From Tubulanus polymorphus (lineage: Eukaryota > Animalia > Nemertea): DNA of 64,000 bases. The notes under the pieces are model-generated. The model worked only from the letters and a program-made list of their open reading frames with translations, did no database searches and was not told the DNA's origin. Each line of letters starts with the position of its first letter. The first letter of the stretch is position 1. The stretch spans positions 2,228,416 through 2,292,415 of the forward strand of contig NC_134032.1 in the NCBI RefSeq assembly GCF_964204645.1. Direction: 5' to 3'. A program made the translations under genes and the position numbers. Positions 32,330-44,085 of the stretch are shown here, one piece after another.

Positions 32330-32760
32330 GCCAGGAACTCATTTACCCCGGGGCGGCGAGAGGAAATGCAAACTGTCTCAACCAGGGACAACATGAACCC
32401 ATGAAAACCGGTATCCCATGAGTAAAAAGACGTTTAGGAGTCCATCAGGCCAGGTACTTATTTACCCCTGGGCGGCAAGAGGCAATGAGGAAAAGCGTCT
32501 CAACCATGGACAACAACAAGAACCTATGAAAACTGGCATCCCATGAGTAAAAAGAATAACGCGCTATAACTACTCTGGCTTGGGTGAAAGAAGTATAGAG
32601 AAAGGTGTCTCAAACAACTAGTGTTAAGGAGTCTATCAGGTCAGGTACTCGGAGTGAACCTATGAAAACTGGTATCCCAGAGTCAAATGGTCCCCTTGCT
32701 CTCTCGGGTGAAAGAAGCACTGGAAAGGTATCTCACCAGGGTACACTAAGGCAATACACG
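32330..32760 (-). mobile_element. Several degenerate tandem fragments related to the SINE core
   Basis: Repeated ATTTACCCC(T)GGGCGGC(A/G)AGAGG(C)AATG...GTCTCAACC, similar to 24760-24810. Confidence 0.5.
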
Positions 32761-33124
32761 ATATTTGAAGCCATGAACACTCCAAACATTCAGCTCCACG
32801 ATCGAATCGGACTAATTGGTTTTCACCATGTGAATTATTAAGGCCTAACTTGATAATTGAGGTTTTTATTGCAGTAACAGAAAATGGCGTTTTGGTCAAT
32901 ACTAAATTATTCACAATTATTGGCGGATGAAATACTTCACATTCATGTTCATCGATCCTGTTATTCTGAACTGAAAATTTCTAATTGTCAGGAGTTTTCT
33001 GAATGCGATAAGCTTCAAGTTGAATTGTGCAGAAGATGGTAATTAATATTCCTATTGTCCCACAGAACTTATCGACGTTTTAAGTCAGTAATCAGCTGAT
33101 ATACATATTTGACGATTTCTTTTG

Positions 33125-33700
33125 CAACATCAGTATTCCTGAAGATGACTACTAGGATATAGTCGAAATAGTTGAATAAACTACACTAGCTCAAGGAAAC
33201 ATTTCAGACTCTTTTTATTCTTAGTGGGCAGGGATTTTTTATTATCTTTACAACACGGACTCAGAGTGTTTCATCAATGGTTATAACGAGGACAACATCA
33301 GTATTCCTGGAGATGACTATTAGGATATAGTCGAAATAGTTGAATAAACTACACTAGCTCTAGGAAACATTTCAGACTCTTTTTATTGGTAGTGTGCAGG
33401 GATTTTATATTATCTTTACAACACGGACTCAGAGTGTTTCATCAATGGTTATAATGAGGACAACATCAGTATTCCTGAAGATAACTATTAGGATATAGTC
33501 GAAACGCTAAATAAACTACACTAGCTCAAGGAAACATTTCAGACTCTTTTCATTCTTAGTGTGCAGGGATTTTATATTATCTTTACAACACGGACTCAGA
33601 GTGTTTCATCAATGGTTATAATGAAGACAACATCAGTATTCCTGAGGATGACTATTAGGATATAGTGGAAACATTAAATGAAATACTGTTCAAGGAAACA
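33125..33700 (+). ncRNA. Third hammerhead-containing 167-bp array (~3.5 units; cores more mutated)
   Basis: Same unit; variants GAAATAGTT, CTGGAGA, GAAACGCT. Confidence 0.7.
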
Positions 33701-36700
33701 TGTTATAAAATATAATTCGACCAAATTACTTATTCTAGTATTATGCCCTTCTAATAATTCTGGCGTTTCAATTTTATTATCAATTTTATAGTCTCTGTGA
33801 ATTCTTTTTTGTTCTCGCTTAACGTAGTTCAGATCTTGTTCTCCCCAAGACTAACCATATTTGTTTGTCCATTTAACCTAACCGAAATAAAAGAATAGTT
33901 TACTCACCATCTGTCCAGATCGGGATCGGGAACGTGGTCGACATTTCGTCTTTACGAAACAGTTGACAAACGGATGATTTCGAACCGCGACGCGTGAAGC
34001 TCATCGCTCGGCAATCCGCTCGCAAGGTGCACGCTTCCGAACATCGTAACCGTGATTTCAAATTCGTAACTGTCGCCGAAACGGACAATCTCGCAGCAGT
34101 GCCCGCCGTAGACCGCTTAAACGACGTCTGCCGCCGCTGCTGTTGCGGCAGTTCTAGGCATGGGTAACATATACAGCAGTTCAGGGCGGTGAATATAAAA
34201 CCTCCTAGGCAGCAGTTAAAGGACCTCATTGTAGATATTAGACCTGACAATAACGGAGTTTTTTATCGAGGCTTCGTTCATTAGGGAATAACGATTATGT
34301 AATGGTTATGTTCGCGATGAAACCTGCTGCAATCAATTAACGTCTCAATTAATTATTCATAACCGCCGATGTGCGGCACCTAATTTATTCTTTACACTTT
34401 TAACTAAAAGCTTGTGATTTCTAATAAGGTCAGTTGAATTACACCGAGTACTGCCCGTTTACTGATTTACCGGATTAAGCTACTATGCACATATGGTTTT
34501 TTTTATTTCATTTGATTCATTTTTAAAATCTCTAACGCAATTCAAGATGAAGGTCGATTTCTATATTGTCGTTACAACCTGGACTCAACAATGTTTCACC
34601 AATATGATTGAGATATTATTGATACGCACGCCATCTAGCGGGATAGTCGGAGGCTGAGTAGAGGATGCCGAATAAATGCCTGATGCTTAGAGTCATGATG
34701 CTGAGTATAAGATGTTTAGGGGTGTCCCGGTTTCCAACCCAGTAATCAATGAAACTGATTCAGAATGGTACTGATGCTGCGTGGAGGATGGACCACTGAA
34801 TCCGTGGTCCTGATACTGGTGCAAGACTCAATTCAGATTTTGAAATGTTAATTAAATCAAGCACTTTAATCTGTGTCAGGAATGTCCATTTCTTCACTCC
34901 ATTCGATATGCTCCAATCAACTACGCTATGATGAGTTTTCCGGTTTGCTCGACTGACCGAACGGGGGAGGTTAGTCTAGAGGCAAATGCAAACTGCGGTT
35001 TGCTGAACTACATAACCCCTCTTTGCGGGGGGGGGGGTGAGGTATGATGCTTATCACTTCATGTATTATGGTGGTTTAAAAAAGATTTCATACATGATAT
35101 ACCAATTCGCCATCGCGTGGGCTTCGTAGAAAGACCAGTGGCTTTTCCAAATTAATTTTCCTGTCCGATTTGGTTTCGTTCATCGAGAGACACCTTTTCC
35201 AGTTAGGGACTTGTGCTTTTGGGCCTCTTCGTCGGTTATCTACAAATATTTCATTTCAGCTGTAGACCACAATGGTGACACCGTGACGGTCAGAAACTGA
35301 CCAATTGAGATATGATCCCCGAGTCTGAACGTTTGACTTCGAATATCGGAAATTGTTCAAGTCATCGTTTGTTTTTAAACTACTAAGGATTCATTATTGC
35401 AAATTCATAAACTGACCATCACTGACCATCACTGACCATCACTGACCACTACTGACCAATTCAAACTACTCGTATATGTTACTTTGGGCGTGACGAAAAT
35501 ATGGACAATGTCGCCTAATTCGCGACTGGCCTACTGACCTAATAAAGAAGTTTCCAGTTTCTAGGCACCAATTTGTGGCGGTCCCTCGAGCTCCCCATTG
35601 TTGCGATACTTTGCGCTCATTTTTCAAACATAAGTTTAGATTGAATGTCAAATAGTTCTGCAGTCCCTTGCTTGATTAACTTAATTCATAGACCATTTTA
35701 AAGGAAATGAAATGCAGATATTTGCCGGTGATTCTTGGATTTTTTAAATGCAACAATTAAGAGCAGTGACGATGTGAAACCAAGGACCAAGATATTTCAA
35801 CTGCGCGTCAAAAAATTGCGATTATTATTGATTTTAAAATATCTAGGTGGTTATTAAAGCTAGATTTCCCATTTTTACTGAGGTTAAAGAACGTTATTTG
35901 CTTTAAGGGCCTGCGTTGACATTTTTTGAATATCTTTCTTGACGACTGATCTCTAACCGGTAGAGTTTGAGATTACGCGCCAAAGGGGTCTCCCACTGCG
36001 CACCGCCATTTCACTGAACATTGAGAGATTTGCGAAAAGCATGGGCGTGTGTCCGATAGCGATACAGCTGACACTCAGATTCTCTCTGCGCATTTGTTAT
36101 ACTGACTAAACAATTTAACGAATGAAACATGTTATTTAAAAAACATTACCATCACAAGGCTATATGTTAGGCTATATTGATGGAAGTGTTTCATTCTCTG
36201 TGATGCATCCTTAACCACAAGTTCCATTAACCGCTTCAAATAACGGATACATTTTTAAAACATGTACAAGGTATGGAATGATCTAAATCTATTTTGGAAT
36301 AAATGAAATATGTGACTAAATTTCAATAATTTTCTATAATTTCCTATTCCTTATATACATCTGAAATATAATAGGATTTCCATTCAGTTGCCATGATAGT
36401 CAGTAACCTGTCTGTGGTTTAGTTTCACGATCGGATATTGGTTGGTATAAGCCCATCCGATTATAAAAAGCTTACCACCAACGATTAGGTAACTAACTAT
36501 TGCCAAGGAAACGTAAAAATTGGATCCCGATGGAGGCCCGGCTCCCGGCTTCTAAAATTGATAGTTAGTAGAACGATGACCACACTCAAACGTGGTGAAC
36601 GGATAAGATTGAATTCTGGTTTTTAAATTCTTTTAATCTGTAAATAGTGGGATTTTTTCTTATTGATAGTTAGGTTTGTATCAACATCTGGGGCAATTTT

Positions 36701-37218
36701 CGTGAATTTGTCCACCCGGTAACAATTCAAAAACAAACGCTAAGCCATCCTACTAGCGGTACCACCGAGAGGATCGACCCACGATACTTTGGAGAGTTAC
36801 CGGCGATCCCCGAACCTGGACGGAGCGCTCCTGATGTCGAACGTTTGTGAAGCTATCGTTTTGTGGCGCCCTCTCTTGTGAAGCGCCATCTTGAGTCTGT
36901 GTCGAATTAAAACCGGCTCGTCAAACCCGATCAAACACACTCAACGGCAGCCGCTCTACGATCCAGTACTCGCCCTTGTGCAGCGGTGACACTGACGGTA
37001 TTTTATCGCGAATTTTAGGAACCAGTTAATCGCAGTGAATACAACTGAGTGAACTGTTTGTTAGCAGTTTAATATTGTGATTCCGGAAGAAGATCGTTTT
37101 TATAACAACGGAGCGGAGGAGATTTCACCTCGGTCGGTGAGAAGAGAGAGGAGATCACATCAGTCATCATCAGTTATTTGTTGGTTTGTTTCACTTTTGT
37201 TGGGGTTAAACTTGTAAC

Positions 37219-38347
37219 ATGGAAGTTAAAATCGATTCATTGACGCTGAATAAACGGGTAGATACAGACTTCATACCCCACCTGGTGACGTCAATACCCG
37301 GTGAACACGAGGGTGAACAGACACGTGTTAGGCCTATATGTGTGGACTGGGGCTCCACTGATTATATATATAGTGTGAATGATGATAATATACAGAGATA
37401 CATAGAGATTGATGGTGTGATACGAGGACTCGCTACTGATAGTAACGGGTTTCTGTTTGCGGTCGTGTGGAAAAACAGTGAATTAATCCTGAGAAAATAT
37501 AAAAATGAGATAAAACTGTTGGAAGAAGAAATCACTGATATCCTGCCTGGAGTCTGTGGATCCTTAGTGATCCGTGATCACAATAGGCCTATCTATATAC
37601 AGACACCGGGAAGAGTTCATGTTTTACGTTTATTAGAAAACCCTGAAAACAGTTTGATCTTTAGAAAACTAGTGAAGAAATATCAGCTCCCGGATGGAGA
37701 GTACAAATATATCAACTGTTTCAATGTCGATTCAAAGGGACGTATGTTTTTCTACTGTTCGCATACACGCAGATTATTGTATCTAACACCAGAAGCAGAA
37801 CTGATTGGTTTGATCCGGATGAAACATTGCGGACTGACATTTGTTCCATTTACAGGATCCCCGTGTGTTATTAATGATGATCTTATATTACTATCGGTAT
37901 ACTCTAATACTGGTAACAGAGGATCTGTTATCAGTATCAGATATAGTAATGTGGGGTTTATAGATCACCGTATAATACTGAACTCTACAGACAGTTGGAC
38001 AAGTGAGATACATCACGTGTTAAACAGTAACGCTGTAGTTATCTATCACTGTGATATCAGTAATAAACAGCAGTCTCTGAGATTCTACAATATAAACACT
38101 GTGGAACCAGCTCCAGATGTCAGAGGGAATGTGTGTGAATTGGGTGGAATAGATCAATACTATATGAATCATGAACACAGAGGCCTCGCTCTTATTATAT
38201 CAAATAAGGAATTTGACAACGGTGAAACTAGGATTGGCACCGAGTTTGATGTGGAGTCTTTACGCGAGGTGTTTAGTGATTTAGGCTTCGAAGTTGTCGT
38301 CCATGAGAATTTGACTGCGAAGGAAATGAAATCGGAAATGCGTGAAG
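37219..38347 (+). CDS. Large exon: putative beta-propeller (NHL/SGL-like) region followed by the N-terminal part of a caspase (peptidase C14A) large subunit
   Basis: Open 387-codon frame. Blade-like motifs (GLATDSNGFLFAV, FNVDSKGRMFF) precede YYMNHEHRGLALIISNKEF...RIGTEFDVESLREVFSDLGFEVVVHENLTAKEM, the typical caspase p20 start. Probable GC donor GAAG|GCAAGT at 38347/8. No downstream SHG or QACRG exon found. Confidence 0.8.
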
Positions 38348-38547
38348 GCAAGTATAAGAGTTTTATTATTTCAACTTACTAGAGCGGGACCACAATTAGG
38401 CTAGATCAGTACCTAGTAGGTCAGACGCGTAGAGTCGGACCCCAGTCGAAAATGGCTCCTAGAATGAACGAGAGGTTTCCCATTGGACCCATCAGTTTGT
38501 CAACATGAATTGGGGTTTGGCTAATACACAGCACTGCGGTGTATTAG

Positions 38548-38795
38548 TCCACCCGTATCCACCCTGACTATTACTCCTCAATCCACCTGTATCCACCCTA
38601 ACTATTACTCCTCAATCCACCCTGACTTACTCCTCAATCCACCTGTATCCACCTTAACTATTACTCCTCAATCCACCTGTATCCACCTTAACTATTACTC
38701 CTAAATCCACCTGTATCCACCTTAACTATTACTCCTAAATCCACCTGTATCCACCTTAACTATTACTCCTAAATCCACCTGTATCCATCCTGACT
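38548..38795. repeat. 34-bp minisatellite (~7 copies)
   Basis: Unit ATCCACCTGTATCCACCTTAACTATTACTCCT(C/A)A. Confidence 0.92.
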
Positions 38796-38901
38796 GGTTT
38801 AAACTCCATTGGGAGTTTGTCAAAGGTAGCTCATAATGAGATGGTTATCATGGAATCAGTAAATCACATATAAAACAATTCAATTCAATATTTATTTGTA
38901 G

Positions 38902-41900
38902 TTGATTCGCGACTGTGTGGTGAGACACCTAGAATACAGAATGGTACATCAGGTTACATTACCAGTCCTAAATATCCGCACAAGTATTATAACAGCCTCA
39001 ATTGTAGCTGGAGGATTGAGACTCCAAAAAACAAGGTAAATATATACATTGTGTATTTGTGAAATGTTGATCCGAGAGAAAAAAAATGATATTGTCGTGA
39101 TTTCTGCACGAGCAGGTCTCAGGAGTGAGAAATAGTTGCACTAGTAGGAACTCAATGGGGCTTAGGTCTAAGATTAGGTCTAACCTTATCCCGGGATTTC
39201 CGGGTTTAAGTGAAAACTGATCAAAATAAACGGTTCCTGAAATAAATATAAGATAATTTAAAAGATAATTTAATTTTAAGTTCGTATATATATATTCTTT
39301 GCAGCTGGTTGAAATATCATTTGACAAGAATTTTCGTATACAGGCCAAAAGTGAAGGTGTTTGCTATGACAAGTTGATGATAAAAAGTGAAACCGGTAAA
39401 AATCTAAACACTCTTCACGACGTGAATAATTTTTATGATTCATGAAATTTTATCAGATTTATTTCTTCATCAGGGATTAATAGATATTGTGGCGATACAG
39501 CTCCTGGTAAATGATTATACACTGGAAATATAACAATACAATTTACATCAAACGCCGCTACAAACTATGTCAGGTTCAAACTGTACTGGCGGTTTGTACG
39601 AGGGAAAGGTAAAGATAGCTTAATGATAAAAATGGTAACGAAATGAAATATTTGAACGAAATTCTGGAACTGATGAGATCCGTGGATACCACATAAATCT
39701 GTTGTTATTTCTTTCCGGTTCAGTTTGGCAGGTGATAGTGTTTACAGGGCGTAGTACAGGTACAACAGCGTCAGTCGATATAGGTTTCGGTGAGACAGGT
39801 AGTGACGTCACATACTTCCACCTGGGAACCGAGTTCGAGACCGGATCAAACAAGACTCATAAACTGTTGTTACCAGTGAACATCACAAATCCACATCCAC
39901 CGAGAAAACTCATGTTGAAAACTGCACAGAATACAAACTGGCGCGTCATCCAGGTTATAGAAATATGGAGAGGGAGGGGAGAGAGAGGGTGGTGTGAATT
40001 TGATATTAACTCATATATTTATATTCAATAGGTGGCGCTAGTAGGTGTGATAGATGGTGACAATGTTGTGTACATGTATAACTGCAGTAAGAGCCACACA
40101 AACACAAAGACACAGACTTGTAATTATCAATCAAGAATTCATAAACCAGGTTCGTTAAAACGTATTATTGAACTCGGAATACCCTATGAACTGAACTTAT
40201 AATTAGACTGTGGCGGTAAGCCTAGACTAACAAACCTTTTCTTTTAAAACCTGAGTTATGAGCAACTTAACGCCCCAAGCGGGCAAGGTGTAAAGTCTAC
40301 TAAGGCTCCATGCTGAAAGCTAATGATAATGATGACTATCCGGTGTTTGAATTATCCTCAAAGGTCGTAAAAGGGTCCCTCCTCACAGATTGCGGTCAAG
40401 TGTGAAAAGTCATATTTTTTCCTGTTATTTCTAGTTAAATGGCAGATCGCTGTTTTTAGTGGAATCAAGCGGAATAGTTCAAGGTTATACTATACCAGTG
40501 GAAGAGTTGATATTCAGATTCACAAGAAATATTGGAAAACCTAAAACTGTAAAAATGAAAGGCAAACCAGGAGATGGAGAAAAATGGTGGTTCCTAAAAC
40601 GAGTAAGTTGTCAATAAGTCCTAAACTGTAGTCCGGACTGGTAAAATGAATTCACAGTCGTTCGTACACTTGTTTATGCGCATAATTTCAGGTTGAACTC
40701 AAATCTGATGACGTCACTGAAACGGATTTTGGTTTTAATGTTCTCTTGGATAGAAAGGATTACAACGAAGTTTCTCTGGTCCCGAATACAACCAGAGAAG
40801 GTGCAAAATTAGATCTGAATTTAATGAATTTGTCGACACAAATATTGATGAATAACTATCAGTTATAAAAACACATTGAATGTTAATGACAGTTTTAATT
40901 GTTTCAGTTGAATGGAAAATCAAGATTAAAACTGATAAAGAAACTGACGAGCTTTATATGAATCTGTTTGGATCGAATGGAGTTCAATCTGGTTTCAGTC
41001 GACTCGGTCGTATCACTACAGGTTACCAGATACAGACACTAACCACCAAAACTCGTGATCTAGGTCAACCTACCCATAATGTAGGTCAACCTGCTCGTCA
41101 TGTAGGTCATCTTACTCGCGTCGCTATCTGGAATCGAGGATCATCAACGATTTACATTTTTCAGGTGAATTGATTGAAAGAATTTGTTTCTGATGATTTT
41201 TTTGTTGTAGTTCTCGATGAACAATAAATAATACAGGTTCCCAGTTGCCCTCTTCCCCTCACTCCCTCTCACCGCCCTCCTCACCCCTCACAATCTCCCC
41301 TCATACTCTACCCTCCTCATACCCTCTCGCTTCTCCTCACTCCCTCACCTCACACCTCTCTCAGGATTTTAAATCTATCTCTGATGATTTTCTCGTTGTA
41401 GTTCTCAATGAACTCCAGTAAGATTTTCTCGAATAAACAATTTGTCGCTAACACAACAAAAACGATGTTGTACTGACCCTACATCAGATACATCACGTAC
41501 ATTGGATCGAATCAAGTGGCTGTTATTGAGTTAAACACTGTATAGTTTGGTGAGTACCACAATGAGTACATCGAGTTAAAAAACACTGTACAGTTTGGTG
41601 AGTACCACGATGAGTACATCGAGTTAAACACTGTACAGTTTGGTGAGTACCACAATGAGTACATCGAGTTAAACACTGTAGGTTTTGGTGAGTAGCACAA
41701 CCTGCACAGTTGTGACTTCTTAAGCCCTAAAATGGTTGCGTAAGTTGTTAGTTTGTTTGATGGTGTTGAGTTGAATCTAAGTCCTGTAGCTTGAACTTCA
41801 GTTAAAACACGGCGGCACCACGAGTCGAACCATATTCAAAATTGATAATATATATTTGTAGGACCATCAACAGTTAGACAAGTCACAGAAACCACCTCAA

Positions 41901-42149
41901 CATCAAGTGAGTTATTTTTATAGAAAGTGTTCATTCAATTTTGCAAAATGATTACTTTATTGCAGAACATTTTTTGAGACATATATTGCCACGAAAATGA
42001 ATTTGAAACTGTATAGGTAAATTTCATTTAGAAACATAACAGGTACATATGAAAAAATTGGTTTTGCAGATACTGCGGCTGGTATTAACGGACTCAGTTT
42101 CTGGTTAGAAGTCGGTGGTGGAATCGGTTTGGTAACGACTCTGATAACA
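38902..42149 (+). pseudogene. CUB + three PLAT/LH2-like domains + S/T stalk + TM membrane-protein gene, disabled
   Basis: CUB exons 38902-39035 (CG...SGYITSPKYPHKYYNSLNCSWRI), 39305-39395, 39474-39608 (RYCGDTAPGK*; in-frame TGA 39512-39514). PLAT-like exon pairs 39724-39953/40032-40149, 40435-40602 (frameshift)/40692-40800, and 40908-41164. Stalk 41862-41906. TM-start exon 42070-42149 is cut by a TIR. Confidence 0.75.
41525..41700. repeat. 45-bp minisatellite (~4 copies)
   Basis: Unit GAGTTAAACACTGTACAGTTTGGTGAGTACCACAATGAGTACATC. Confidence 0.9.
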
Positions 42150-43456
42150 CGGTGTTGTCATATCGCGGAAAGACGGAATCGCGGAATTTTCCAAAAACGC
42201 GGAATTTCTATTTTTATAAATAGTAAACGGGGTTTTCCCACGGGGATACCCACTGTCGGACAGGGCACCGGACCCAGGTTTTCAACACCGGGAATTAGTA
42301 TTTGATAATTTATTATATCGCCAGTCAACAACTTAACGATACTGTTCCAAATAATGGAGAACCTTGGCAATACGTGCTTTGCGAATTCAGTGATACAGAG
42401 TATCGCTGCATTAACTGAAGGAATACAAATCGATGGTACGTAAACGTAGGATTTGTGATGACACCATGGGTCATTCTCCAGGACTCAGTTCCGAGTTAAG
42501 ATTTGACTCTGGTCTCTGGATTTAAAACATTGGAAATGAATTGATTCTAAGAAACTGAGAGTTAACTCACAACTGTGGAACTGGATCGATGTCAGACGAA
42601 AATAAATAGACATTATGTATATTTCATTCTGGCTTAGGATTGTTCATGCGTGTTGTGTGTCTACATTGTTGTTATAAGCGAATGTGGTTTATCTTTTAGA
42701 ATAAAATGATATGAAAGATTATAAAATGGTTTCGTTTTTTTAATGTTTACTTTGTGACTGCTATAACATATATGTCCCTATGCTGATTATTTGGATCAAA
42801 AGGATCTTATTGGTACCGGTACTGGACGGCCGTAAAATTATAATAATTTCAAAGGAATTTGAACCGGTACTTGTTTGGTCGTAGGATTTCATGTTTGCAA
42901 CCATCTACAACTACGGTCCGACACCGCGAACGTGCCCAATATTTATCTGATAATATTCGTTTCTGAAGTTCTCAAAAAGTCGATGAACTTCGATAACCGA
43001 AGTTTGCCTAGTAGAAATAGACATCAGGTGCCTGGTCTCTTTCACCCCACTTGATTCTGACTTCTTCTACAGGTGGCAGCCAGGGCCACCTTCGGTTATC
43101 TGAGTTAGTCGAGTATAGTCGAACTAAACGTAACCGAATGTCCGTTAGTCGGAACTATATTCCGGAAATAGTTCGAAAATCAAGCGCATTCGGTTATTAG
43201 TTCTGACCACTAGTCGACTAGATACGAAAACCGAATTTGGCCCAGTCAACGGTGTATCGTAATATAATAATTCCATATAAAATTGCCTGCAAATAATGGG
43301 ATTCGAACCTAATTTGTTGCATCGATCGGTCCGGTGTCCTGTCCGACAGTGGGTATCCCCGTGGGAAAACCCGTTTACTATTTAAAGTAAAAATGAAGAA
43401 ATTCCGCGTTTTTGGAAAATTCCGCGATTCCGTCTTTCCGCGATATGACAACACCG
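42150..43456. mobile_element. Non-autonomous DNA transposon with ~125-bp TIRs, carrying a USP Cys-box fragment and nested repeats
   Basis: CGGTGTTGTCATATCGCGGAAAGACGGAATCGCGGAATTTTCC... at 42150 and its reverse complement ending at 43456; internal MENLGNTCFANSVIQSIAAL (42354-42435); no TSD visible. Confidence 0.85.
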
Positions 43457-43695
43457 CTAAATTTTCGATGTTTACAGCCCGACAGCGCTTTTGTAACGAT
43501 GATTCGTGAAAAAACACGCGGGCTATTTGTAGATCTCAGTGAGCTGAACGATATTATATGGATTGTATATGAAACAGCGGTAAGGTAACAAAGCCTATGT
43601 TCTTTTGGTAAAAAAAGTGTGGAAGAAAATAATAATTATAATAATCACGCGGATATCAATAGGGTTTTCTGTGAAATAACAGAAAACCCTAATAA

Positions 43696-44079
43696 ATGAG
43701 TGATGATGTTGCCGTACGGCACCCACACAGTCATGTTAAGAAGAAGCCTAGATCCGAGAAACAAATTAAATGGGCAAGAGAACTAAGATCTTCAGAATTA
43801 AAAAAAGCTAAGAAAAAGAAATTAACTGATATGAATGAGTCACAGACTTTATCTGATATTGATTCAAATAATAATCCATCTAATTCTTCTAATAGTGGAA
43901 GAAATAATTACTTATATATTACAATTGGGTTAATCACAAGTATTATATTATCCGGTGTAATATATAAATCAAAATTCAAATCTGATGATAAAGATTCCGA
44001 TAATAAACCTATTATACCAGAAAATAAGCCAAATAATAAAGTCATTGAAACTAAATCTAAATTATTATTAATGGATTAA
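43696..44079 (+). CDS. Small Polinton ORF with basic N-terminus and one TM segment
   Basis: KKKPRSEKQIKWAREL...YLYITIGLITSIILSGVIY, immediately upstream of the integrase. Confidence 0.55.
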   Translation: MSDDVAVRHPHSHVKKKPRSEKQIKWARELRSSELKKAKKKKLTDMNESQTLSDIDSNNNPSNSSNSGRNNYLYITIGLITSIILSGVIYKSKFKSDDKDSDNKPIIPENKPNNKVIETKSKLLLMD

Positions 44080-44085
44080 AATAAG

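Noticed and set aside
33900-34250. First coding exon of the lectin (strong ATG|GTGAGT donor near 33907, minus strand)
   Set aside because: Plausible 5' exon but encodes no signal peptide and cannot be linked to the lectin without transcripts
39512-39514. Selenocysteine/readthrough TGA in the CUB exon
   Set aside because: Not at a conserved Cys position, and the gene has an independent frameshift and TE truncation; pseudogenisation is simpler
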